From: Ramlibacter sp. 2FC
Lineage (GTDB): Bacteria > Pseudomonadota > Gammaproteobacteria > Burkholderiales > Burkholderiaceae_C
Direction: 5' to 3'
DNA: 64,000 bases
NCBI GenBank assembly: GCA_943369755.1
Contig: CALROG020000005.1
Coordinates: forward strand, 49,689-113,688
Shown here: piece by piece, positions 17,675 through 25,582 of the stretch
How the letters are laid out: each line of letters starts with the position of its first letter
How positions within the stretch are numbered: position 1 is the first letter of the stretch
Notes under the pieces: model-generated
What the model was told of the DNA's origin: nothing
The model's input: the letters and a program-made list of their open reading frames with translations, nothing else
Databases searched by the model: none
Made by a program: the position numbers and the translations under genes

Positions 17675-18466
17675 ATGCATGAATTGGCGTTTGTCTTTGC
17701 GGGGTTTGTGGTCGGCACCATCGTCGGGCTCACCGGTGTGGGTGGCGGCTCGCTGATGACACCGCTGCTGATCTTTGTTTTTGGTGTCAAGCCGTATATG
17801 GCGATCGGCACCGACCTGTTGTTCGCCGCCTTCACCAAAGGCGGCGGCGCGCTGGCACTGGCCCGCGCCAGGCTGATTGACTGGCCGGTGGTGGGCCTGC
17901 TGTCCGCGGGCAGCATTCCGGCGGCACTGGCCACCGTCTGGGCGCTGCACCAACTGGGCCCGGCCAACCCGGAGGTTCAACACCTCATGACCTCAACCCT
18001 GGGCGTGGCGCTGCTGTTGACGGCCGCCGCCACGCTGTACAAGGCCGTCAAAGGCAAAACCACACCGCGTCACATTGAGCCTGCGCAACTTAAGCAGGCA
18101 GCGCGCCCACGCCATTGGGCGCTGCCAGTCCTGTTTGGTGCGGCCATCGGCACGCTGGTGTCGCTTACCTCGGTAGGTGCTGGCGCAATTGGCGTGATGG
18201 CGCTGATGCTGCTGTACCCGGCGCTGCCGCTGCCGCGCATTGTGGCCGCCGACATTGCCTACGCCGTACCGCTGACGCTGGTGGCAGGCCTGGGCCATGC
18301 CTCTATTGGCTCGGTGGACTGGCCGCTGCTGGGCCTGTTGCTCACCGGCTCGTTGCCTGGCATCTGGCTGGGCGCGCGGCTCATGACCCGAACCCCTGAC
18401 CGGGTGATCCGCTCCCTGCTTTCCGTGTTGCTGGCCTATGCCGGCACCAAGCTGATCTTGCTCTGA
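17675..18466 (+). CDS. TauE/SafE-family anion (sulfite/sulfate) transporter
   Basis: Multi-TM protein with VGLTGVGGGSLMTPLL and a repeated C-terminal half, typical of TauE/SafE. First ATG at 17675 (the ORF-track start 17666 is TTG). Confidence 0.85.
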   Translation: MHELAFVFAGFVVGTIVGLTGVGGGSLMTPLLIFVFGVKPYMAIGTDLLFAAFTKGGGALALARARLIDWPVVGLLSAGSIPAALATVWALHQLGPANPEVQHLMTSTLGVALLLTAAATLYKAVKGKTTPRHIEPAQLKQAARPRHWALPVLFGAAIGTLVSLTSVGAGAIGVMALMLLYPALPLPRIVAADIAYAVPLTLVAGLGHASIGSVDWPLLGLLLTGSLPGIWLGARLMTRTPDRVIRSLLSVLLAYAGTKLILL

Positions 18467-18481
18467 CCTGCAACCCCCAAG

Positions 18482-20314
18482 ATGTACCAATACACAGAAT
18501 TCGACCAACAGTTCGTTCACCAGCGCGCCGCGCAATACCGCGACCAGTTGCAGCGCCACCTGGCGGGCCAGCTAGGCGAGGAAGAGTTTCGCCCGCTACG
18601 CCTGCAAAACGGCTGGTATGTGCAGCGTTACGCGCCCATGCTGCGGGTGGCCGTGCCCTATGGCGAGCTGTCCAGCGCCCAGCTTCGGGTGCTGGCCAAA
18701 ATCGCCCGCGAGTATGACCAGCCCAGTGCCGCGTTGTTTGCCCAGGCCCGCGCCACCCAGGACGCATTGGGTCCGGTGCCAATGCCGCGCAGCCACCCGG
18801 CGGGCGGTACGGTGCATTCACGCCTGACCACGGGCTACGGCCACTTCACCACCCGCCAGAACGTGCAGTTCAACTGGATCCCGCTGGACAAGAGCGCCGA
18901 CGTGATGGACCTGCTGGCCAGCGTCAACATGCATGGCATCCAGACCAGCGGCAACTGCATCCGCAACATCACCAGCGACGAGCGCGCGGGAATCGCAATA
19001 GACGAAATCGCCGACCCCCGGCCGTTTGCCGAAATCCTGCGCCAGTGGAGCACGCTGCACCCCGAGTTCGCCTTCTTGCCGCGCAAGTTCAAGATCGCCA
19101 TTACCGGCGCGCTGGAAGACCGCGCGGCCGTGGCCTGGCACGACGTGGGGCTGCATGTGATCCGGTCCAGCGCTGGCGAAGTCGGCTTCAAGGTGCTGGT
19201 GGGCGGCGGCATGGGTCGCACGCCGGTGATTGCCAGCACCATCCGCGAGTTTTTGCCCTGGAACCAGATCCTGAACTACCTGGAAGCGGTGGTGCGCGTG
19301 TACAACCGCTGGGGTCGGCGCGACAACAAGTACAAGGCCCGCATCAAAATCCTGGTGAAGGCCGAGGGCCAGCGTTACGTGGACGAGGTAGAGGCCGAAT
19401 ACCGCGAGATTCTGGAAAAAGACGGCGCACCCCACACCATTACCCAGGCCGAGCTGGACCGGGTAGCGGCGTCGTTTGTGCCGCCTAACCTGCAGTGCGA
19501 CCGCAAGACCGCCGACGCCAAGATTGCCAATATCCTGCGCGCCGCCGCCGAAGACGACATTGAGTTTGCGCGTTGGTTGCAGCAAAACGTGGCACCGCAC
19601 AAAAACCCCGACCTGCGCGCGGTCACGCTGTCGTTCAAGCGCCTGGGCCAGGCCCCCGGCGACGCCACAGCCGACCAGCTGGACCTCGCCGCCGAACTGG
19701 CCGAGCAGTTCAGCGCCGGAGAGGCCCGCGTTACACATGACCAGAACCTGGTGCTGCCCTGGGTGCGTTGTGACGCCCTGCCCGAACTCTGGCGCGCGGC
19801 CCGCAAAGCCGGCATGGCCCGCCCCAACATCCGCCTGCTGACCGACATGATTGCCTGCCCCGGCGGTGACTTTTGCTCGCTGGCCAACGCCCGTTCGCTG
19901 CCGCTGGCCGACGCCATCACCGAGCGCTACCAGGACCTGGACGAACTGCACGACCTGGGCGAGATTGACCTGCATATCAGTGGCTGCATCAACAGTTGCG
20001 GTCACCACCACAGCGGCCACATCGGCATCTTGGGCGTCGATAAAGACGGCAAGGAGTGGTACCAGGTCACCCTGGGCGGCTCCGACGGCTCGGCCCTGAG
20101 CGGCGCGCCGATGGCGGGCAAGGTGGTCGGCCCGTCGTTCAGCGCCGCCGAGGTGCCTGAAGTGATCGAGGCGGTGTTGGACACCTACCGCGCCCAGCGC
20201 CAGCACAGGGGTGAGCGCGCCGAGACCTTCATCGCCACGCTCAAGCGCGTGGGGCTGGAGCCGTTCAAGGCAGCCGCCAACAGCGCACGGCTGGCCAACC
20301 TGCAACCCGCCTGA
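18482..20314 (+). CDS. cysI: Assimilatory sulfite reductase hemoprotein (nitrite/sulfite reductase family)
   Basis: 610 aa with siroheme/4Fe-4S cysteine clusters CPGGDFCSLA and SGCINSCGHHH. No cysJ is adjacent. Confidence 0.9.
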   Translation: MYQYTEFDQQFVHQRAAQYRDQLQRHLAGQLGEEEFRPLRLQNGWYVQRYAPMLRVAVPYGELSSAQLRVLAKIAREYDQPSAALFAQARATQDALGPVPMPRSHPAGGTVHSRLTTGYGHFTTRQNVQFNWIPLDKSADVMDLLASVNMHGIQTSGNCIRNITSDERAGIAIDEIADPRPFAEILRQWSTLHPEFAFLPRKFKIAITGALEDRAAVAWHDVGLHVIRSSAGEVGFKVLVGGGMGRTPVIASTIREFLPWNQILNYLEAVVRVYNRWGRRDNKYKARIKILVKAEGQRYVDEVEAEYREILEKDGAPHTITQAELDRVAASFVPPNLQCDRKTADAKIANILRAAAEDDIEFARWLQQNVAPHKNPDLRAVTLSFKRLGQAPGDATADQLDLAAELAEQFSAGEARVTHDQNLVLPWVRCDALPELWRAARKAGMARPNIRLLTDMIACPGGDFCSLANARSLPLADAITERYQDLDELHDLGEIDLHISGCINSCGHHHSGHIGILGVDKDGKEWYQVTLGGSDGSALSGAPMAGKVVGPSFSAAEVPEVIEAVLDTYRAQRQHRGERAETFIATLKRVGLEPFKAAANSARLANLQPA

Positions 20315-20320
20315 ACAGGA

Positions 20321-20372
20321 CTTACTATGAAATTGATAGTGGCTCACGCAGATTCCACGCGGGCTAGCGGCC
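20321..20372 (+). repeat. Family-A interspersed repeat, copy 4 (spans the start of the DUF934 gene)
   Basis: cttACtatgaaaTTGATAGTGGCTcaCGCAgattccacGCGGGCTaGCGGCC. It contains the ATG at 20327 and encodes MKLIVAHADSTRASG. Confidence 0.85.
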
Positions 20373-20707
20373 AAAACGTTCTTGTTCTTGGCAACGATGT
20401 CGACCCCCGCAGCGTGGCGCTGACAGGGGTGGACTGCATTGAACTGAGCTTCCCCGCCTTCACCGATGGCCGGGCCTTCAGCCAGGCTTTTTTGCTGCGC
20501 CGCCGCCTGGGCTTTACAGGCGACATTTGCGCCACCGGCGACGTGTTGGTGGACCAGCTGGCGCAGATGCAACGCAGCGGCTTTTCCAGCGCGGTACTGC
20601 GGGCTGACCAGGACGCTACGACCGGCGAGCGCCTGCTGCGGCACTACCCGGCCTTCTACCAGGGCGATGCGGTCACACCCGCGCCTGTTTTTGCCAGGGC
20701 GGCTTGA
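20327..20707 (+). CDS. DUF934-family protein (sulfite-reductase-associated), apparently N-terminally short
   Basis: FPAFTDGRAFSQAFLLRRRLGFTGDICATGDVLVDQLAQMQRSGFSS matches the DUF934 core as I recall it. The position between cysI and cysH is the usual one. Confidence 0.75.
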   Translation: MKLIVAHADSTRASGQNVLVLGNDVDPRSVALTGVDCIELSFPAFTDGRAFSQAFLLRRRLGFTGDICATGDVLVDQLAQMQRSGFSSAVLRADQDATTGERLLRHYPAFYQGDAVTPAPVFARAA

Positions 20708-20708
20708 A

Positions 20709-21503
20709 ATGAGTGCCGCTGAACTCCACGCCAGGGCCTCCAAAGATTTCGATGTCAAGCTGGCCGAAACCAAAGCCTTGCTGCGCCGCGCCGCCAGCGT
20801 CTACGCCCCGGTAACCCAGGCGTCCAGCCTGGGTGCCGAAGACGTCGTCATCACCCACCTGATCAACAGCCTGGCGCTGGACATCCCGGTGTTTGTTCTG
20901 GACACCGGCATGCTGCATGCCCAGACACTGGCGCTGCTGGCCGATACCCGGGCAAATTCCCGCGCTGCGGTCACGGTGTACCAGCCGGTGCTTCAGCAGG
21001 TGGTGCAGTTCGTGGCCCGCGAGGGCAATGAGCCGATGTACAAAAGCATTGAGCTGCGCAAAGCCTGCTGCCATATCCGCAAGATCGAGCCGCTGGAGCG
21101 GGCGCTCAACGGCCAGCGCGCCTGGATTACCGGGCTGCGCAAAGAGCAGTCGCAGGCCCGCGCCGAGGTGCCCCTGATCGACACCAGCGACGAAGGCAAA
21201 ACCGGCCGCATCAAGTTCAACCCGCTCGCGGCCTGGACATGGGGCGACGTATGGCACTACATCCAGCAGCACAGCGTGGCCTACAACCCGCTGCACGACG
21301 AGTTTTTCCCCAGCATTGGCTGCGCGCCTTGTACCCGCGCCATCAGCCTGGGCGAGGACTTCCGCGCCGGGCGCTGGTGGTGGGAAGACGAAGCCGCCAA
21401 GGAATGCGGCCTGCACGTGAAAGAAAACGTCTCCGTTCGGGCTGAGCCTGTCGAAGCCCTTCGACAAGCTCAGGGCGAACGGGCCACAGGAGCACTGGCA
21501 TGA
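20709..21503 (+). CDS. cysH: Adenylylsulfate (APS)-type assimilatory reductase CysH with a repeat-derived C-terminal extension
   Basis: ATG 20709. It has the CC...CxxC Fe-S motifs (KACCHIRK, GCAPCTR) and ECGLH. 29 further residues after ECGLH are read from a palindromic element. Confidence 0.9.
   Translation: MSAAELHARASKDFDVKLAETKALLRRAASVYAPVTQASSLGAEDVVITHLINSLALDIPVFVLDTGMLHAQTLALLADTRANSRAAVTVYQPVLQQVVQFVAREGNEPMYKSIELRKACCHIRKIEPLERALNGQRAWITGLRKEQSQARAEVPLIDTSDEGKTGRIKFNPLAAWTWGDVWHYIQQHSVAYNPLHDEFFPSIGCAPCTRAISLGEDFRAGRWWWEDEAAKECGLHVKENVSVRAEPVEALRQAQGERATGALA
21435..21480. repeat. Palindromic REP-like element (arms GTTCGGGCTGAGCCTGTCGAAG / CTTCGACAAGCTCAGGGCGAAC)
   Basis: 19 of 22 positions are complementary between the arms. 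Translates as ...AEPVEALRQAQGER... on one strand and LSLSKGFDRLSPNG on the other, a peptide signature I recall from repeat-derived ORFs in many proteobacteria. Confidence 0.8.
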
Positions 21504-22432
21504 ACGCAAGAACCGAACCCCAACTGCTGGCCCAGCTAAGCAACCGCCACCTGGACGCACTGGAGGAAGAAACCATCTTCATCCTGCGCGAGGTGGCTGC
21601 CACCTTTGAGCGCCCTGCTCTGCTGTTTTCAGGCGGCAAGGACTCTTTGGTGTTGCTGAAATGCGCCGAAAAGGCTTTTGGCGTGGGGCGCATCCCCTAC
21701 CCATTGTTGATGATCGATACCGGCCACAACTTCCCCGAGGTCACCGACTTTCGCGACCTGCGCGCCAGGGAACTGGGCGCTGAGCTCATCGTGCGCAGCG
21801 TCGAAGACTCCATGAAGCGCGGCACGGTGCGCCTGGCCCACCCCGGCGAGAGCCGCAATGTGCACCAGTCGGTGACGTTGCTGGAATCCATTGAAGAATT
21901 CCGCTTTGATGCACTGATTGGCGGGGCCCGCCGCGACGAAGAAAAGGCCCGCGCCAAGGAGCGCATTTTTTCGCACCGCGACAGCTTTGGCCAATGGCAA
22001 CCCAAGGCCCAGCGCCCCGAGCTGTGGACGCTGTTCAACACCCGGCTGCAGCCCGGCGAGCACTTCCGGGTGTTCCCGATTTCCAACTGGACTGAGCTGG
22101 ACGTGTGGCAGTACATCGAGCGCGAGCAAATTGCCTTGCCCTCGATCTACTACGCCCACCCGCGCCAGGTGGTACAGCGCAAGGGTCTGCTGGTGCCGGT
22201 GACTGAACTCACCCCGCCGCGTGACGGCGAAGAGGTGCAAACCCGCACCGTGCGCTTTCGCACTGTGGGCGACATCACCTGCACTTGCCCGGTGGACAGC
22301 CCGGCCGCCACGGCTGCCGAGATCGTGATCGAAACCCTGGCCGCCGACGTGAGCGAGCGCGGCGCCACCCGCATGGACGACAAAACCTCTGACGCTTCGA
22401 TGGAAAAGCGCAAAAAAGACGGGTATTTCTAG
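21500..22432 (+). CDS. cysD: Sulfate adenylyltransferase subunit 2
   Basis: 310 aa with the PP-loop LLFSGGKDS. Its ATG overlaps the cysH stop (ATGA). Confidence 0.95.
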   Translation: MNARTEPQLLAQLSNRHLDALEEETIFILREVAATFERPALLFSGGKDSLVLLKCAEKAFGVGRIPYPLLMIDTGHNFPEVTDFRDLRARELGAELIVRSVEDSMKRGTVRLAHPGESRNVHQSVTLLESIEEFRFDALIGGARRDEEKARAKERIFSHRDSFGQWQPKAQRPELWTLFNTRLQPGEHFRVFPISNWTELDVWQYIEREQIALPSIYYAHPRQVVQRKGLLVPVTELTPPRDGEEVQTRTVRFRTVGDITCTCPVDSPAATAAEIVIETLAADVSERGATRMDDKTSDASMEKRKKDGYF

Positions 22433-22448
22433 GCACACCCCCAGGCTT

Positions 22449-22515
22449 CGCGCACCTTGTGCGCTTCGCCTCCCCCCTTGCAGGGGGCAACACCAGCGGC
22501 CCGGCAAAGCCGGTT
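22449..22515 (+). repeat. Family-B GC-rich repeat, copy 3 (divergent, between cysD and cysN)
   Basis: gcgcaccttgtgcgcTTCGCCTCCCCCCttgcaGGGGGCaacaccAGCGGCCCGGCaaagccgg has the same hairpin layout as copies 1 and 2. Confidence 0.6.
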
Positions 22516-22545
22516 CCGCGGTGTTCATCAGAATGGAGAATCACT

Positions 22546-23862
22546 TTGACTGCTCATGTAACTGAACGACCCGCCGCCACCCTGCTGGACACCAGCACTG
22601 CCCTGCGCTTCATCACCTGCGGCAGCGTGGACGACGGCAAAAGCACGCTGATCGGCCGCTTGCTGGTGGACAGCAAGTCAGTGCTGCAAGACCAATTGGC
22701 CGGTGTTCAACGCTCCGGCGAAACCGACCTGGCCCTGCTGACCGACGGGCTGAGCGCCGAGCGCGAACAGGGCATCACCATCGACGTGGCCTACCGCTAC
22801 TTCGCCACGCCGGGGCGCAAGTTCGTCATTGGCGATACCCCGGGCCACGAGCAATACACCCGCAACATGGTCACCGCCGCCTCCAGCGCCGACGCCGCCG
22901 TGGTGCTGGTCGATGCCACCAAGCTGGACTGGGCCAGCCCCCAGCTGGAGCTGCTGGTGCAAACCCGTCGCCATTCGCTGCTGGTCAATTTGCTGCGGGT
23001 GCCGTCCATCGTGTTCGCGGTGAACAAACTCGACGCTGTGGCCGACCCCACCCTGGCGTTCAGCCATATCAGCGCGGCACTGCAAGCCTTTGCCCTGGCG
23101 GCCGGCATCACGGTGCGGGCCATCGTGCCGATCTCGGCGCTCAAGGGCCACAACGTGGTGGCGGCGCAACCCGGCTGGTGCGGCTATCAAGGCCTGTCGC
23201 TGCTGGCGCTGCTGGAACAACTGCCCACGACCCCGGCCGAGACCACTGAAGCCTTTGCCTTCCCGGTGCAGTGGGTCGAAAAATTCTCGTCTTCGTCTGA
23301 CACCGCGCAAGGCCGCAGGGTGGTCTGGGGCCGGGTGGCCACGGGCGGCGTGCAGCCGGGCCAGAGCGTCACCGTGCTGCCCGGTGGCCAGACCGCCAGG
23401 GTGGCCCAGGTGCTTGACCATGCGCGCCAGCCCCACGCGGTGCTGGCCGGGCACAGCGCAGGCATCGTGCTGGACCGTGAAGTCGACGTCTCGCGTGGTG
23501 ACTGGTTGCTGGCCGCCCCCGTCGATGGCCTGGCAGAGGCACCGTTGCAACCAGTGCGCGAGATCAGGGCCACCATTGCCTGGCTGGACGACCAAGCCCT
23601 GGTGGCCGGCCGGGTGTACTGGGCGCTGCATGGGCACCGCTGGGTCAAGGCCAAGGTGACCCGTATCGTGCACCGGCTCAACGTCAACACACTGGCCGAA
23701 GAAGACGCTACCCAGCTCGAACCCAACGCCATCGGCCATGTCGAACTGACGCTGCAAGAGCCACTGGCCACCCTGCCCTACGCCCGTTCGCGCGTTCTCG
23801 GGTCGTTGATTCTGGTGGACACCGCCAGCCACAAAACCTCGGGTGCAGTGCTGATCCTCTGA
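22546..23862 (+). CDS. cysN: Sulfate adenylyltransferase subunit 1 (GTPase), no fused APS kinase domain
   Basis: G-domain motifs [24 protein letters not shown] and NKLD. TTG at 22546 lies 6 nt after GGAGAA. An in-frame GTG at 22459 would read through the repeat. Confidence 0.9.
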   Translation: MTAHVTERPAATLLDTSTALRFITCGSVDDGKSTLIGRLLVDSKSVLQDQLAGVQRSGETDLALLTDGLSAEREQGITIDVAYRYFATPGRKFVIGDTPGHEQYTRNMVTAASSADAAVVLVDATKLDWASPQLELLVQTRRHSLLVNLLRVPSIVFAVNKLDAVADPTLAFSHISAALQAFALAAGITVRAIVPISALKGHNVVAAQPGWCGYQGLSLLALLEQLPTTPAETTEAFAFPVQWVEKFSSSSDTAQGRRVVWGRVATGGVQPGQSVTVLPGGQTARVAQVLDHARQPHAVLAGHSAGIVLDREVDVSRGDWLLAAPVDGLAEAPLQPVREIRATIAWLDDQALVAGRVYWALHGHRWVKAKVTRIVHRLNVNTLAEEDATQLEPNAIGHVELTLQEPLATLPYARSRVLGSLILVDTASHKTSGAVLIL

Positions 23863-23963
23863 GCTGCGTCAATTCGACCCCTGGGTCAGCAGGCCTACAC
23901 GGCCGGGTCGCACCACGAAACGCCATAAAATCAAGGGTTTTCCCCCAAAGCCCACAAACTCAC

Positions 23964-24293
23964 ATGACCCACGTCGTCACCGAATCCTGTATCCGTTGCA
24001 AGTACACCGACTGTGTGGACGTCTGCCCGGTGGACTGCTTCCGCGAAGGCCCGAACATGCTGGTGATCGACCCGGACGAGTGCATTGACTGCGCGGTCTG
24101 CATCCCCGAGTGCCCGGTCAACGCGATCTACGCCGAAGAAGACGTGCCCGCGGATCAAATGGCCTTCATCAAGCTCAACGTCGAGCTGAGCCAGCAGGCG
24201 GGCTGGAAGAGCATCACCAAACGCAAGCCCGCGCTGCCTGACGCGGATGACTGGAAAGACACCCCCGGAAAGATTTCCGAGCTGGTGCGCTAA
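23964..24293 (+). CDS. fdxA: 7Fe ferredoxin (3Fe-4S + 4Fe-4S), FdxA type
   Basis: [26 protein letters not shown]...[12 protein letters not shown] is the classic Azotobacter-type ferredoxin I pattern. Confidence 0.92.
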   Translation: MTHVVTESCIRCKYTDCVDVCPVDCFREGPNMLVIDPDECIDCAVCIPECPVNAIYAEEDVPADQMAFIKLNVELSQQAGWKSITKRKPALPDADDWKDTPGKISELVR

Positions 24294-24300
24294 AGGAATC

Positions 24301-25404
24301 ATGGAACCTCAACTCAAACAAGAAGTGATTGACACCGCTGCAACCTACGACGGCCCGATAGAAACCGACGCTGTGATCATCGGGGCCGGCCCTGTGGGCC
24401 TGTTCCAGGTGTTCGAGCTCGGCCTGCTCGAAATCAAGGCCCACGTGATTGACTCCCTGGCCTATCCGGGCGGCCAGCCGGTAGAGCTGTACCCCGACAA
24501 GCCGATCTACGACATACCCGCCATTCCGGTGTGCACTGGCCAGGGCCTGACCGACGCCCTGCTCAAGCAGATTGAGCCGTTTGGAGCCACCTTCCACCTG
24601 GGCCAGACGGTCACGACCGTGCAAAAGCAGGACGATGGCCGCTTTTTTGTCGAGACCTCCCGCGGCGCACAGTTCCTGACCAAGACCATCTTCATCGCCG
24701 CCGGTGTTGGGGCCTTTGAGCCGCGCTTGCTCAAGCTCGATGGCCTGGCAAAGTTTGAAGGCTCGCAGCTCTTTTACCGGGTCAAGAACCCCGCCGACTT
24801 TGCTGACAAAAACATCGTCATCGTGGGCGGCGGCGACTCTGCCCTGGACTGGGCCCTGAACTTCGTCAACGAGGGTCCGCACAAAGCCGAAAGCGTCATC
24901 CTGATTCACCGGCGCGACGGCTTCAAGGCCGCGCCGGCAAGTGTGGCCAAGATGAAAGCGCTGTGCGACGCCTACGAAATGCAGTTCATCGTGGGCCAGA
25001 TCACCGGCTACGACGAAACCGATGGCAAGCTCACCGGTGCCAAAGTGACCGGTGCCGACGGCGTAACCCGCGTGGTGCCGCTGGACATGCTGCTGGTTTT
25101 CTTTGGCCTTTCCCCCAAGCTCGGGCCCATTGCCGACTGGGGCCTGCAAATCGAGCGCAAGCAACTGGTGGTGGACACTGAAAAGTTTTCCACCAGCGTG
25201 CCCGGCATTTTTGCGGTGGGCGACATCAACACCTACCCGGGCAAGAAGAAGCTGATTTTGAGCGGCTTCCATGAGTGCGCACTGGCCGCCTTTGGTGCTG
25301 CGGCCCTGATCTTCCCCGAGAAGGGCAAGATTCATTTGCAGTACACCACCACCTCACCCAAGCTGCACAAAGTTTTGGGGGTGGAGAGCCCGGTGTTCGA
25401 CTAA
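24301..25404 (+). CDS. Thioredoxin-reductase-like ferredoxin-NADP(+) reductase
   Basis: ATG 24301 (8 nt after the fdxA stop), FAD motif [12 protein letters not shown] and NADPH motif [14 protein letters not shown]. Confidence 0.85.
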   Translation: MEPQLKQEVIDTAATYDGPIETDAVIIGAGPVGLFQVFELGLLEIKAHVIDSLAYPGGQPVELYPDKPIYDIPAIPVCTGQGLTDALLKQIEPFGATFHLGQTVTTVQKQDDGRFFVETSRGAQFLTKTIFIAAGVGAFEPRLLKLDGLAKFEGSQLFYRVKNPADFADKNIVIVGGGDSALDWALNFVNEGPHKAESVILIHRRDGFKAAPASVAKMKALCDAYEMQFIVGQITGYDETDGKLTGAKVTGADGVTRVVPLDMLLVFFGLSPKLGPIADWGLQIERKQLVVDTEKFSTSVPGIFAVGDINTYPGKKKLILSGFHECALAAFGAAALIFPEKGKIHLQYTTTSPKLHKVLGVESPVFD

Positions 25405-25425
25405 AACCCGCGCCACGCGCCAGCC

Positions 25426-25456
25426 AAAAAAGCCCGCACTGGTGCGGGCTTTTTTG
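25426..25456 (+). terminator. Rho-independent terminator after the ferredoxin-NADP reductase gene
   Basis: aaaaaAGCCCGCactggtGCGGGCTtttttg: GC stem followed by a T-run. Confidence 0.85.
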
Positions 25457-25582
25457 CGCCTGCGCATTGCACTAAAGAGCCCGGCAACGAAGTCTGGCAG
25501 CGCGTGGGGCCATCACCGGCCTTAATCGAACTGTCACACAGCGGCCATAACCTGCCTTCTTTTGTTGTTGCGGAAAGAAGCC

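Noticed and set aside
18818-20773. 651-aa ORF on the minus strand, antisense to cysI, DUF934 and cysH
   Set aside because: It lies entirely opposite genes with strong catalytic motifs. Its translation is low-complexity (Ala/Gly/Arg/Val-rich) with no recognisable motif, as expected from stop-codon-poor antisense frames in high-GC DNA.
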